A stretch of DNA of 50,862 bases, filler included, from Catajapyx aquilonaris (Eukaryota): NCBI GenBank assembly GCA_000934665.2. It is 2 parts of 2 records of this genome, joined end to end, with 100 filler letters (N's around TTAATTAATTAA, not from the genome) between each part and the next. Parts side by side here need not be neighbours in the genome. Positions count along the whole stretch, not along the records: positions 1 to 25,513 come from JYFJ02005405.1; positions 25,614 to 50,862 come from KZ539347.1. One strand, given 5' to 3'. The notes beneath the pieces are model-generated. The model worked only from the letters and a program-made list of their open reading frames with translations. It did not search any database and was not told the DNA's origin. Both the position numbers and the translations under genes were made by a program. Numbering within the stretch: position 1 is the stretch's first letter; every line of letters begins with the position of its first letter. Below are positions 22,701 to 33,907 of this stretch, piece by piece.

Positions 22701-24277
22701 TCGCTGGAAAGACCATTTCGTGAAAACCAAAAGGCAAAGGAGTTTAATAATTGGTAAGTCAATCAAATTCAACAGGATGAACGTACGATCCCTTAAAAAC
22801 AATACATAACCAGGCAGGGAGCATATAATACACATAAGAGGCGCAAACATTCGATTTCCGCGTCTCTCTGTTTGGGGAGTTGCCATGGCTGGCGGCCATT
22901 TTGAAGTGTGGCGAACGCCAATAGGGTACAGGCAACATAGGGTCCGCCATCTTTGATTCACGCGTGTTCTTGCCATATGTAGTTGCCATGGCCGCTAAAA
23001 CCATCAAAGATGCCGGACCATATTTTTGCCTGTACCCTATTTATACCTCGTTGGCGTTCCCCACACTTCAAAATGGCCGCCAGCCTTGGCAACGGCCCCA
23101 AACAGAGAGACGCGAACATCAAAGGCGCCGACAGAAGTTTGCGCCTCTTATGTAGTATATGCTCCCTGACATAACTAGTAATAGAGTGCCTCAGTGCCAT
23201 CTCTCAGTGCCTCTCTAGTTTGTTTGAAATCCCCAACAGGCACATGCATTTTAATTTAAAAAAAAATCACCTCCTTGGCCCTTTCTGACGCCAATTTGTT
23301 GGCTCCCAAAGTTCGCATAAATGCCTCGCGCATCTCCCTTTTGCAGGACAGTCTCAGTTCAGTCAGTCGATCCCTGTACTCTTTCTGGATGTCATGGTTC
23401 GTGTCATGAAGCTTCCTGTAACTGCAAATGGGCAAAGAGAAAAACAACATGTGTCCCAAGTCTGTATGTGAAATAATAAAATAATTATTGCAAAAAAAAA
23501 AACTCTCTCTCTCTCTGGATCATCGGTTTTGCTCGTATTGCAATTAACTTACGTGGCTATGGCGGAATCATGCACGTATTGCAGGATTTGCCCAGTTCGA
23601 GCAGTCATGATGGTGTGAAATTCCAACCTGATAGAAAGTAGCTCCTGAAAGATCAAAACAAAATTAAGAAGATTAAGCCAAAAATAATTGTTCTGTTTCT
23701 CAAATCGTGCAAATGCAATAAATGAAAAAGCCAAACGAGAGCCATCAAACCTTCTCTATCTGGCGGACAACGACTGAGGTAGCCTTGATGTCAGGTAGGG
23801 ACGCTTCATCTGTCTGGGTATATGCATCATCACAAATGTAGCCCACCCTCAACTGTTTGAAGAGGTCGAGTCTGTCGAAGTCAAATGGATATACGCGGGT
23901 CAGAGGTGTCCGGAACTTTATTATTTTTTTAAAAAATAAAATACAATTCATATTATATACTTTGGAGGATCGCTTTCAGGTCCCTTTCCTTCCATTACGT
24001 TACCATATCCGTCCAAGGTCTTCTGGAGGATGTCGATCCTCTTGACCCAAGCCACATACTTTGGCGGGTTGTACTCCACGTACCTGAAAATTGAGCATGT
24101 TGCAACATAATTATTCCGGGAAAGATAAGCACTTCTTGGGCACCAAAATCTCCAGAAAGTATGTCCTTCTTTTCATTCCTTTTTTATTCAATTAATTTGT
24201 TTAAAAAATCTTTACCTTCCCGGTGCCTGGTGCGGGAAAGAGCCCTGGGTCGCCTCCGTCGGCCATCTTGTCGACAT
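19747..24277 (-). CDS. C10orf67: C10orf67-like coiled-coil protein (DUF4709/DUF4724-like), 12 coding exons, ~746 aa
   Basis: Exons 24277-24216, 24083-23961, 23871-23751 (the exon 2/3 boundary has an alternative), 23644-23553, 23421-23271, 22703-22563, 22487-22134, 22067-21970, 21671-21015, 20551-20365, 20075-19914, 19839-19747. Introns are GT-AG and phases close. LRVGYICDDAYTQTDEASLPDIK...LSIRLEF resembles my recollection of the DUF4709 core (LKIGFFSTDHATQTD...LQVDF). WQSRYRTLRQNHQAHRDEAFLR resembles the conserved C-terminal block. The gene structure is better supported than the name. Confidence 0.72.
20143..20309. mobile_element. Hairpin MITE, family B copy 1 (intron 10 of C10orf67-like gene)
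   Basis: TIR CTGCC(A/G)TCAGATGTAAGAAGACCGTAACTCAA; almost fully palindromic; flanked by direct repeat CAGTT. Confidence 0.85.
20617..20956. mobile_element. P-superfamily-like MITE, family C copy 1 (intron 9)
   Basis: TIR CAGGGAGCATATACTACATAAGAGGCGC (CANRG terminus), long inverted arms, 7-bp TSD ACCGCGT at 20610-20616 and 20957-20963. Confidence 0.85.
21689..21913. mobile_element. Hairpin MITE, family B copy 2 (intron 8)
   Basis: Same ~32-bp TIR as 20143-20309 but a different palindromic interior; flanked by direct repeat AAAG. Confidence 0.85.
22811..23168. mobile_element. P-superfamily-like MITE, family C copy 2 (intron 5), opposite orientation to copy 1
   Basis: Same TIR and arms as 20617-20956; the central spacer is its reverse complement. 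7-bp TSD ACATAAC at 22804-22810 and 23169-23175. Confidence 0.85.
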
Positions 24278-25029
24278 ATTGATGAGGTTGGTAGTGTAAA
24301 GACAGCGCTATGTCTATAGTCTTCCTCAAGTTTCGAATGCCAGCACTTGACAGTGTATAGCTGTTGCTACGGACTAGGTGTTGTGTTGACGACAACAACA
24401 GATATCAACAGACTGTTGCATTATTTTGAAGCGCGTCGAACCCAAAGAGCAAAAGGCACGCAAAAGGTGTCACTTTTTCAAACAGGTTTCAAACGTCGCC
24501 ATTTTGAATTAGGGGTTGACAGACGAATAAAGTTTGTAACCATTTGTGTATTTTTCACATTTAATAGTACAGTTAGTTTATGTAATTATAACTGCAGTCC
24601 ATTAGGGTCATACCAAGTCGAAGTATGACACCCTTTTGCGCATTCCATGTAATTGTTGCCAGACGATCACGCATTTCAACATGGCCGTCGTCTCCTCGTG
24701 GTGAGCATCTCGTCTCTTCCTCTTGGCTTTTTATTGTCCAGTTCCAGGACCAAGTGAAGCCCATACGGTGTCCGAGCCCTGTTGGAAGAAGAGCAGAGGC
24801 ACAGGAAGGTGAGATGAAAGGGACAGGAAGAGTATGGTGGGGGGGCTGAAATGGTGCTTGACAAGCATATTTTATTATATGGGGGGTAATAAGTCCAGGA
24901 GAGTTCAACAATTTTTTTTCCAGAACGCCACCCCACATTTTTTGATTTTGTGATTTTTTTTTGAAAATTGGTACACGAGATTCCACCGACTACTCCAGTG
25001 TAATGCGCGACAAGCAGATTACCCGAAGT

Positions 25030-25215
25030 GAGGTGTGGGGTCTGGCTAAAGAAGCAGGTAGATCTAGAGGAGAGTGAGAGGCTGGCGAAGGCCTTCAAGG
25101 AGGATGGGAAGTCTTTTTGGAAGACTGTTAGGAGGTTAAGAACTGGCCATGGGGTTAGCGTAGTGGGTGTGAAGGGTAAGAAGGGGGACATGCTCTGGGA
25201 TGGAGGAAAGGCGAA
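25030..25215 (+). mobile_element. Degenerate LINE (RTE-like) ORF2 fragment
   Basis: Translation ERLAKAFKEDGKSFWKTVRRLR...VKGKKGDML resembles the FWxxVRRLR linker between endonuclease and RT in RTE-clade LINEs. Confidence 0.5.
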
Positions 25216-25513
25216 AGGCCTGGCTGTGGCGTTGCATGGGGGCCCCTAGGTGTGAACCGTCGCGGCCGCGGCCAGCTGCGGCTAAGCTTGGCCCGTCTGC
25301 ACGGCCCCATTATATGACAAGGCGGCCAAGTTGGTGGCTCGGCCATCTCAGAATGTATTGTTGTAACCCCATTATATTATACGCATATCAAATGAGCGGG
25401 CGTGAGATGAGGACCATATTGGAGTCAACCGTTTTAATCTAGAGCGTAAAATGGAAATACTAAAAAATTCCCAATCATGAAATGTCCGTTTTCCCATCAT
25501 TTGGTCATTTTGT

Positions 25514-25613
25514 NNNNNNNNNNNNNNNNNNNNNNNNNNNNNNNNNNNNNNNNNNNNTTAATTAATTAANNNNNNNNNNNNNNNNNNNNNNNNNNNNNNN
25601 NNNNNNNNNNNNN
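25514..25613. other. Assembly gap spacer (44 N + TTAATTAATTAA + 44 N)
   Basis: Exactly 100 nt, with a central linker that has stop codons in all six frames; an artificial contig join. Confidence 0.92.
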
Positions 25614-25689
25614 CTTGTACTCATACAAGCATCCCTATTGTGAGTGATACTCTTACATTGTTAAAAAATTATAATCCGTTGTGTGTCCG

Positions 25690-26330
25690 AACCATCCCCG
25701 CTCTCCCCTAGTCACCAGGCAGATAGGCCCTCATGTTCGTAGAGAGATGGAATTTTCTAACATGAGTCCAGAGATAAGAAGACTTTAGGCAAGCTTTTAT
25801 CTCATCGACTCGTGTGCCTCGTGGAACAACAGGCAATGTCTGTCTGAAGTCCCCAGCCAAAACCAAAGTTACTCCACCCATAATCTTTTTGCATTCCCGG
25901 ATATCCTACAGTGTCCTGTCCAGAGCTTCAAAAACTGCTTTGTGGGACATGGTGCACTCATCCCAAACAATTAACCTGCCCTGACTCAAAAGTTGTGCCA
26001 CCCCGGTACCCTTGCTGATGTTGCACGTTGCATTTTTCTGTGTAGCTAAATTTAAAGGAAGTTTGAAAGCTGCATGGGCAGTCCTCCCACCTGGCAAAAG
26101 AGTAGATGCTTTGCCAGAAGAGGCAACCGCAAGTGCAATTTGTTGATCCTGAAGAACGTTCGCCAACAACAGATTAGTCACAAATGTTTTACCAGTTCCT
26201 CCTGGTGCATCAAGGAAAAAAACTCCCACCTTTCTGATGACCCTGGACATTGTCTACAATTGTCGAATAAGCAGATCTCCGATCTGGTAGCAACTTTGGT
26301 TCAGCAACCTCTTGAACGTTGTTGCCGTGG
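25690..26330 (-). mobile_element. Helitron RepHel relic (PIF1-family helicase fragment)
   Basis: FLDAPGGTGKT (Walker A), VASSG, GGRTAH and IVWDECTM (Walker B). After an in-frame TAG at 25906-25908 it continues MGGVTLVLAGDFRQTLPVVPRG...LSTNMR. Truncated and flanked by gaps. Confidence 0.88.
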
Positions 26331-26974
26331 CGACGTTTTTTTTTTTTTTTGTACATAATATTAATGAAATGTNNNNNNNNNNNNNNGGGAAGGGGGTGGG
26401 GGGTAGTTGTGGGGAAGAGGGTAGGGTGGGGGGTTGGGGCATGGAACAGGAGGGGGCGGGCGGATGGAGGAGTGGATGTGAAGGGGGAGACGAACGGGGG
26501 CTTTTTTGGCGGACGAAGAATGTATGAAAAGGCCTGGAGGTGGCGGCATGAGGAGAGGGTGATGTGACCAAAGTGGATGTGACCACTTGGGCCTTGAGAG
26601 AAGGAAGGACCATTTCCATGGCAACTTGTTTATACCAATATGCGGATTATTAGAACAGGGGGCCAAACTCCCTGAGTCCTTTCCGCCTCCTGTGGCCAAG
26701 GATGACCTCGGAGGTCAATTCCAATGTGCTTAAAACCTTCCCAGTAAAAAACTACCCGTAATGATACCCCTGGGGCATATGTCGAGGCCTCTGTATGGAT
26801 CTGATGAGGTCACAAGGGGACAGACATACGGTAGGTCTTGAAATATATATTAAGATATAATAGCAGAACTCTTTGGTGGCCTTTCGTTGACACTGTTTAC
26901 TCGAATTGTTGAGGTCATTTCTATGGAAACTTGAAAAGTGGGAGGTTACAGAAGTATATTCTATGATGTCCTAG

Positions 26975-27530
26975 TTTTTCACTTAGGCGTACTCTGAATA
27001 TACGGACAAGATATTTTACACAAAATAACAGCTATACTTAGACGCTCATGGAAAACACTATTAATGTGTTTAGAACAATTTACGTCGTCTAGAAGTCCCT
27101 AAATTACTTTCCAACAAGATAGCTGTAAAACTCGAAATTTGAGTACTGCCAGCCAACTAGGCTGATTTAATTATGAAGTATGTTAAAATATACGGAATAA
27201 CAACCTTGAGAACAGTGGCACACGAATCTGCTGAAATTGTTGTCCTTTGTGAGAAATAAATTAATTCTTTTCTGCTGCTTTCCTGTTACTTGGAAAACAC
27301 CGAAATAAATTTAATTCTCGTGAAGTACGACGATTTCAGCAGATTCATCTGCCACTGTTCTTGAGGTTGTTATTCCTTATATTTTAACATACTTCATAAT
27401 AAAATCAGCCAAGTAGTTGGCTGGCAGTACTCGAATTTCGAGTTTTACAGCGATCTTTTTGGAAATTAATTTAGGGACTTCTAGATGAGGAAAATTGTTA
27501 CAAACACATTAATAGTATTTTCCCATCTAG
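26975..27530. mobile_element. Truncated foldback element (family D)
   Basis: About 220-bp inverted arms (GAAAACACTATTAATGTGTTT...AAACACATTAATAGTATTTTC), homologous to 31395-32914 and 39018-40502. Confidence 0.75.
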
Positions 27531-28009
27531 AGAAAAGTCGTAATCTGTGATGTCAACAGCACCACCAAGCAGACATAAGAGGAAGCTGCCAGTCGCCGAA
27601 ATGTGTGCGAGTGTGAGGGTTGCTTAGAACACATGTAAAAAAGTTGGGAGGGATATGGAATAGAACACAGGGCTTACTCAACTGCAGCAGAATGAGTGAG
27701 AGTGACGAAATGGTAGATCTGCACCCAGGGTCAAATAAGTAATACAGAAAGAACATACCAGTATAGTATGTCGCTGGGGGGTTGGGGGGTGGCTGGGGAG
27801 GGGGGTTTGGCCTCAGGGCCAAGATGGGGTTGTAGGGGACTCTGTCACTTCATAAAGAAACGAAACAGGGGAAAAAAATTACCATTTCACTGCAGTAACT
27901 CAAGTTGGCTAATTTACGAAGAAGAAAAAAAAAAGAACATCCATTTGGGATTTTTTTTTTCTCTGGTCTGTGGCAATTCCGGTTTGTTATTGGTTTGTCC
28001 CAATTCATG

Positions 28010-28240
28010 CCAGTCCGTACCTATTCCGTACTTATTTCGTAGCCATTTGGTACCTATTCGGTACCACAGCGATTCCATATACGTAATACCGTAGCCATTT
28101 GGTACCTATTCCTCAGCTATTTCCCAGCTATTCCATAGCCATTCCGGACCTGTTCTGTGGGAACAGGATTACTATGGCAGAGAGGTACCCATCATACCCA
28201 TACCACAGCCATTCTGTAACTATTCCATACCAATTTCCTA
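28010..28240. repeat. Degenerate minisatellite (CTATTCC / GTAGCCATT motifs)
   Basis: Repeated ctattcc, gtagccatttggtacctattc and cattcc units. Confidence 0.55.
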
Positions 28241-28453
28241 CCAAGTAAGGGAATATATTTGCGGAGAAGACAGATAGAGTACAGGTAGTCCCCTGTTTAC
28301 GAACGACCCGACTTACAGCGATCCATACTTACGAACGGGCTCCCAATAAGGAAGGATCATTTATAACATTATTTCACTTTCAATCACTTTTGTGTACCTT
28401 GACCAACACCAAGTTCAACATAAATACTGTAGGCCTATAACTAATAAATAATA

Positions 28454-28755
28454 GGAGGGAGACGGAGTGGCGCCGCGGTAACGCGTGCGCACACGGAAGT
28501 TAAGGTCCCGGGTTCAATCCCCACCCGGGGTTCCCACCTTCTTTCGTGCAGAGTTGGGCCATCTGTGGCTTCGCTTCGGGTGGCAATTTCCGATAGACTA
28601 AGCCACGGGGGAGTTCACAAAATGACCAATTAACGACAGCGCACATGCACTTTGCACATCCCCTCCTAACTACCTTGGAGTATACTAATAAGATTATTCT
28701 TAACTCGCTCCAAAAAAAAAACAAATACCAATGGTGCTAATCCACCACCCCCTAT
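28454..28755 (+). mobile_element. tRNA-derived SINE, family A
   Basis: Head GGAGGGAGACGGAGTGGCGCCGCGG (A box) and GGTTCAATCCC (B box); shared body GGGGAGTTCACAAAATGACC...CACTTTGCACATCCCCTCCT. Confidence 0.8.
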
Positions 28756-29075
28756 AGACCCAACATGTCATCACGGGGTAAATTTAAAAAAAAATAAAAT
28801 AAATAAAAATAAATAATAGGCCAGCTACATTCTTCTTTGCATGTAAATACACATGATGTAAGCTGTTCGTTGGGATTCTTTACGAGGAATGTGCATGTGC
28901 TCTGTTCCTCAGGAATCCGAGTTATGACGTACAAATCTGACTTATGGGACATTTTTAGGAACATAACCTCGTTCGTAGACTGGGACTTCCTGTATTGGCA
29001 TTCCACCCATGCAAAGAACGGGTCCCCTGCTAGTTGTTATTTACAATACAAATCTTCAATCTGGTCTCATCCTAG

Positions 29076-31799
29076 GCAGGTGAGGACAAGGAGCCCTTAC
29101 CTCTAACATCTGGGCCAAGAAAAGACGATTTTCCAGACGACTGCTTTCTTATGGTCACCCAGCTGCGTTGGGAAGATGACGTTATATGGAATGGAGATGA
29201 CGTAAAGCACAAGGTCATGCAGAAGCTGAACTCCAAGAATAGTGCAGCTGGTTGGGTACCTTCCAGTTTCAATCGCACGGCACAGAACTTCAGCCAACCA
29301 GGAACAAGTGCTAGCACTAAAGCCATGCCACCCATAGTTGCGCCTGGAATGAAGCAGGGTCAAGGATCAGGAACCAACTCAAAGGCCAAGCAGCAACAAG
29401 TGCCCAAGAAAGAGGAAGCCTTAGATGATACATGGTATTCTATATTCCCTGTTGAGAATGAGGAGCTGGTGTACGGTTGTTGGGAGAATGAGGTCATATG
29501 GGACTCAGAATCCATGATCAACATTCCGGAGCCCAAAATACTCACTCTGGATCCCAATGATGACAATATTGTTCTTGAGATACCTAATGACATTGACCCA
29601 GCCACGATGCGAACATCTGAAGCTCCTGCAAAGGTTAGTTGAGTCTTGATTAAAAGTTGAAAGTATTACAGTAGATATGTGTCTTGTGGTTGTAAACCAC
29701 TTGATATTGGAAATCAGCTATAGAACTTTGTTACATTTATAACTCGAGACCTTGGGGGGTGAAGAACGATCTAGGTCCACTTTTTGTCAAAAATGAGTTA
29801 CCACTTACCTATCCTATAACATAGTTTTGCTAGTGTAGAATATGATGGTTTGGTCATGGTTGTGGAGTAATGATCATAGTCTACTATGGAATGCTCCAAA
29901 TTTGGGATGTACAATACAATATCAATAGAAAGTTATTGGTCTTCAAAGTTTGAAATTGCAATATCTCAGTTTCACCTGAAGTGGACCTTTATTGTTATTC
30001 CCCCGAGGTCTTCAACTATAAGGACATTTTGTCCAGAGCGGTAAAGGGTCACTTCCAGGATGGGTTTTTCCTGAGTACACCATTTTTTATGTAATTGTAT
30101 TGTATTGTTTAAAATAATGTAAGATGAAATAGTGAAACTCAGTTTTGTCTTGTCTATTCCAGTATTGCAAATATCTGCATTTTAAATGCACCGTTGTTCA
30201 ATTTTTTGATGTGAATACGTCTTTAAAATCAGGCCCGTAGAGAGGGGGGGGCATGCAGGCAAACTTGAGCGTTACAGTCTATTATAACCGAGTATACTAT
30301 ATCCGAGCCTATTATAACCGAGTATACTATATCCGAGTCTACTATATCCGAAGTTGCTAAATTCAGGAGGCATGGAGGCAAACTCGAGCATTACAGAAAA
30401 GCGTTACAGGCTATTTCTTTTATTTTTTATTATTTATTTTTTATTATTTTTTTGCATTTCCCCATTGGGATTTACCATATCCTTTAGGGGGGTGGATTAC
30501 CACCATCAGAAATTGGAGCCATATAGGAAGATCTTAATTAATTACTCCAGGGTAGGTAGGAGGGGATGTGCAAAGTGCAAGTGCAATGTCTCTAACGGTC
30601 ATTTTGTGAACTCCCTCGGGTGGCTTAGTCTATCGGATATTGCCACCCGAAATGAAGCCAGAGTTGGCCCAACTCTGCACAGATAAAGGTGGGAACCCCG
30701 GGTGGGGATCGAACCCGGGACCTTAATATCCGTGGGCGCGAGCGTTACCGCTGCACCACTTCACCTCTCGTTACAGTCTATTATAACAGTCTATTATAAC
30801 AGTCTTATTATAGCAGAGTCTACTATATCCAAAGTGGCTAAATTCGGATCCGCATAGGGGGCATGGAGGCAAACTCAGCGTTACAGAAAAGTGTTACAGG
30901 CTATTATAACCGAGTCTACTATACGGTATCCGAAGTGGCGTGTGAGTGTTATAGTCAGGACCCTGCCAGGGGGTCCTGCCATGGGGCCCATGGCAGGGGG
31001 CATGCAGGGAAATTCTTAGGAGGGTCACCATGAGTGTCCAGACTTTAGTGTCACCATGCATGTGTCCAGACTTTACGGTCACCACATGAATGTGTCCAGA
31101 CTTTAGGATTACCATGCATGTGTCCAGACTTCAATACTGATAATAAGCAATCAATTCACTCCCCCCAATACTGATCCAATTTTAAAGACGTATTCACGTC
31201 AAAACTTGCTGTTGTGTTCCCGACACAACCTAATGTTTGTTTGTTTTTTCTCTTTTTAAAATCACAGGAGTTGCTAGAGATGCTAGGTAATTGTATATTA
31301 ATTAATTTCAATTTAATTCCTAGAAAAATTAAAGCAGTAGTAGATGACTCTGGATTGTTAGAGTTGCATATTGCACACTAAAACAGATCATCAACCCCTT
31401 CGCTACCAGATAGGCCCGAACCATGTAGATTTCGGCTTACTTACGCCTACTCCCAAGATACGGACAAGATATTTTACCAATAATAACAGCCATACTTACC
31501 AGATCTGGGAAAACACTACGAATGTGTCTGGAACAATTTTACTCATCTAGAAGTCCCTAAATTAATTTCCAAAAAGGGCTATAAAAACTCGAAATTCGAG
31601 TACTGCTGCCCAACTGTTAGGCTGATTTAATTGTGAAATGCATGAAAACATGCGGAATAACAACCTTGACAACCATGCCAGACTACTGAAATCGTCGTAC
31701 TTTGCGAGAAGTAAATTAATAATTATTTGCGGCTTTTTGACACTTCAGAAAACTCCCAAATTTGAGTTTTCCGAAGTGCAACAAGCTGCAAATAAGTAT

Positions 31800-31870
<71 letters not shown>

Positions 31871-33866
31871 TTTAAATTCCAATCAATGTTGTACATTTTT
31901 ATGGAACGACCCTCCACTCATAATACAATAGCACAGTGGTTCAACTTCTTAATAACTAAACAAATGAAATTATACAAATCAAACAGTTTGTCCGCTGGCA
32001 TCTGGTGGAATAACATATGCATCTCATTTATTGGCACCCTTGGTAAGCCCTTTAACGAGCTCTTTCTAAATTCAGCAAATAAGTATTAATTTCTTATGAT
32101 AATATTAACATTAAAGAAATTAATACTTATTTGTGGCCTTTGACACTTCGGAACACTCCCACATTGGAATTTTCTGAAGTGCCAGAGAGCCGCAAATAAG
32201 TATTAATTTATTTCTCGGAAAGAACGATGATATCAGCAAATTCATCTGGCATGGTTCTCCAGGTTGTTATTCCGCATATTTTCACGCATTTCAAAATTAA
32301 ATCAGCCTAACAGTTAATCCTGGGTAGTGCTTACCCTATTAGGGTCTGGCACGGACCTTTATTTAAATCGATCCGGTACATGTTACCTATTTCGTGTAAT
32401 GCCCGGGCCCACGGGCAGGGTGACTAGGAGGGGATGTGCAAAGTGCAGTGCAATGTCGTGGGTGAGGTCATTTTGTGAATTCCCCCGGGTGGTTAGTCTA
32501 AGGAGTCCCACCCGAGGCGAAGCCAGACATGGCCCAAACTCTGCACGAGATGAAGGGGGTGTCCCCGGACTGGGATCGAACCCGGGACCTTAACACCCTT
32601 GGGCGCATGCATTACCGCAGCGCCACTCTGCCTCCCTATCAGCCTAACAGTTGGTCAGCAGTACTCTAATTTAGAGTTTTTACAGCCCTTTTTTTGGAAA
32701 TTAATTTAGGGCCTTCTAGACGAGTAAAATTGTTCCAGACACATTCATAGTGTTTTCCCAGATCTGGTAAGTGTAGCTGTTATTATTGGTAAAATATCTT
32801 TCCGTACCTTCGGAGTAGGCGTAATCCGAAATCTACATGGTTCCGGCCCATCTGGTAGCAAAGTTGGCAAAGTTAGCAAAGTTAGCAAAGTTAGCAAATC
32901 TGGTAGCAAAGGGGTTAATGAAATGACTGATTTTTCAAAGCTGGGTAATACAATGAGATGGTGTGATTTTGGCGACATTAACATCATTCCTTCCAGTTTT
33001 AATGAACAATTGGCATCTTGAATAATCAGTCATTATCTGCCATTGATTGATGGATTAGAATTAAAATCATCTACATTAATGTTCCTAGGTCCTCCTTTCA
33101 TGATTGTAAATGGTCAAAATTGGGAGTTTGAAATGCAGATACAGTAAAACTTCAATAAGTCGAATCTCCATGGGACCGGGAAAAAACTTCGAGTTATAGA
33201 AGATTCGAGTTAGAGGAGTTTGGAATTTTTTAAGCACATAACTCTACAAGGAAGTCTACCTTTTTATATCCAGTGACGAAAGGTGTTCAAAAGCTTATAA
33301 ATAACTGTCACTCTCACACTACAATGTTCCTCATTATTTTGTTGTAAAAAAAAAAACTCTGTTATGGACATTTGCCTACTATTAGATTGACTCTCACTCT
33401 TAATAAAGGATTCAATTGTCACAATTGAGTCCAAGACTTCTTTTGGTAGACAGAGATCAGGAAAGAGCCTTTTTGTACATGTGGCCTACTCTCGATCCTC
33501 GGCTGGGAAAGGAGAAAATCTTCAGTACTCGCCAACATGAACTTCGACTTAGGGAGTGAAAATGCATCAATATCCCATCATAAGGGCCTGCACTTCGAGT
33601 TATGTAGAAATTCGAGTTACAGAAATTCGAGTTAAGGAAGTTTATTTCTATTATTTAAGTAGGGCGACACGGTGGCGTAGTCAGTAGCACCACAGCCTTC
33701 CACCTCTGAGGTTCTGAGTTCGATCCCCGGGTCAGACAGATGTATTATTTTCGTTGTTTCTTATGTGGAGAGTTTCGATGGGTTCGCGGGGGTTTTCTCG
33801 GGGTCCTCCAGTTTCCTCCCACTATCAGAATCTATCACATGATAGTTAATGAATAAAGACGGTCAA

Positions 33867-33907
<41 letters not shown>

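Larger units (their letters stand above)
31395..32914. mobile_element. piggyBac-like non-autonomous foldback element (family D) with nested SINE and microsatellite
   Basis: Termini CCCCTTCGCTACCAGAT ... ATCTGGTAGCAAAGGGG flanked by TCAA/TTAA; inverted arms of over 300 bp; duplicated central hairpin. Confidence 0.8.

Noticed and set aside
24355..24400. RFX X-box upstream of the C10orf67-like gene
   Set aside because: GTTGCTACGGAC and GTTGACGACAAC each miss the consensus; too degenerate to claim.
24680..24850. First coding exons of TAF1
   Set aside because: No frame resembles the TAF1 N-terminus, and the ATG near 24680 closes after seven codons.
25558..25569. TTAATTAATTAA palindrome as a biological site
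   Set aside because: It is centred in exactly 44+44 Ns and is a six-frame stop linker inserted during assembly.
25906..26250. Host PIF1 helicase gene
   Set aside because: Intronless, with an internal stop, and the FLDAPGGTGKT context is typical of Helitron RepHel.
30245..31135. CRISPR-like array
   Set aside because: The repeats are tandem and degenerate with no unique spacers, in a eukaryotic intron with no cas genes.
31723..31917. LLTY-repeat protein ORF
   Set aside because: Translation of the (AAGT)n microsatellite.
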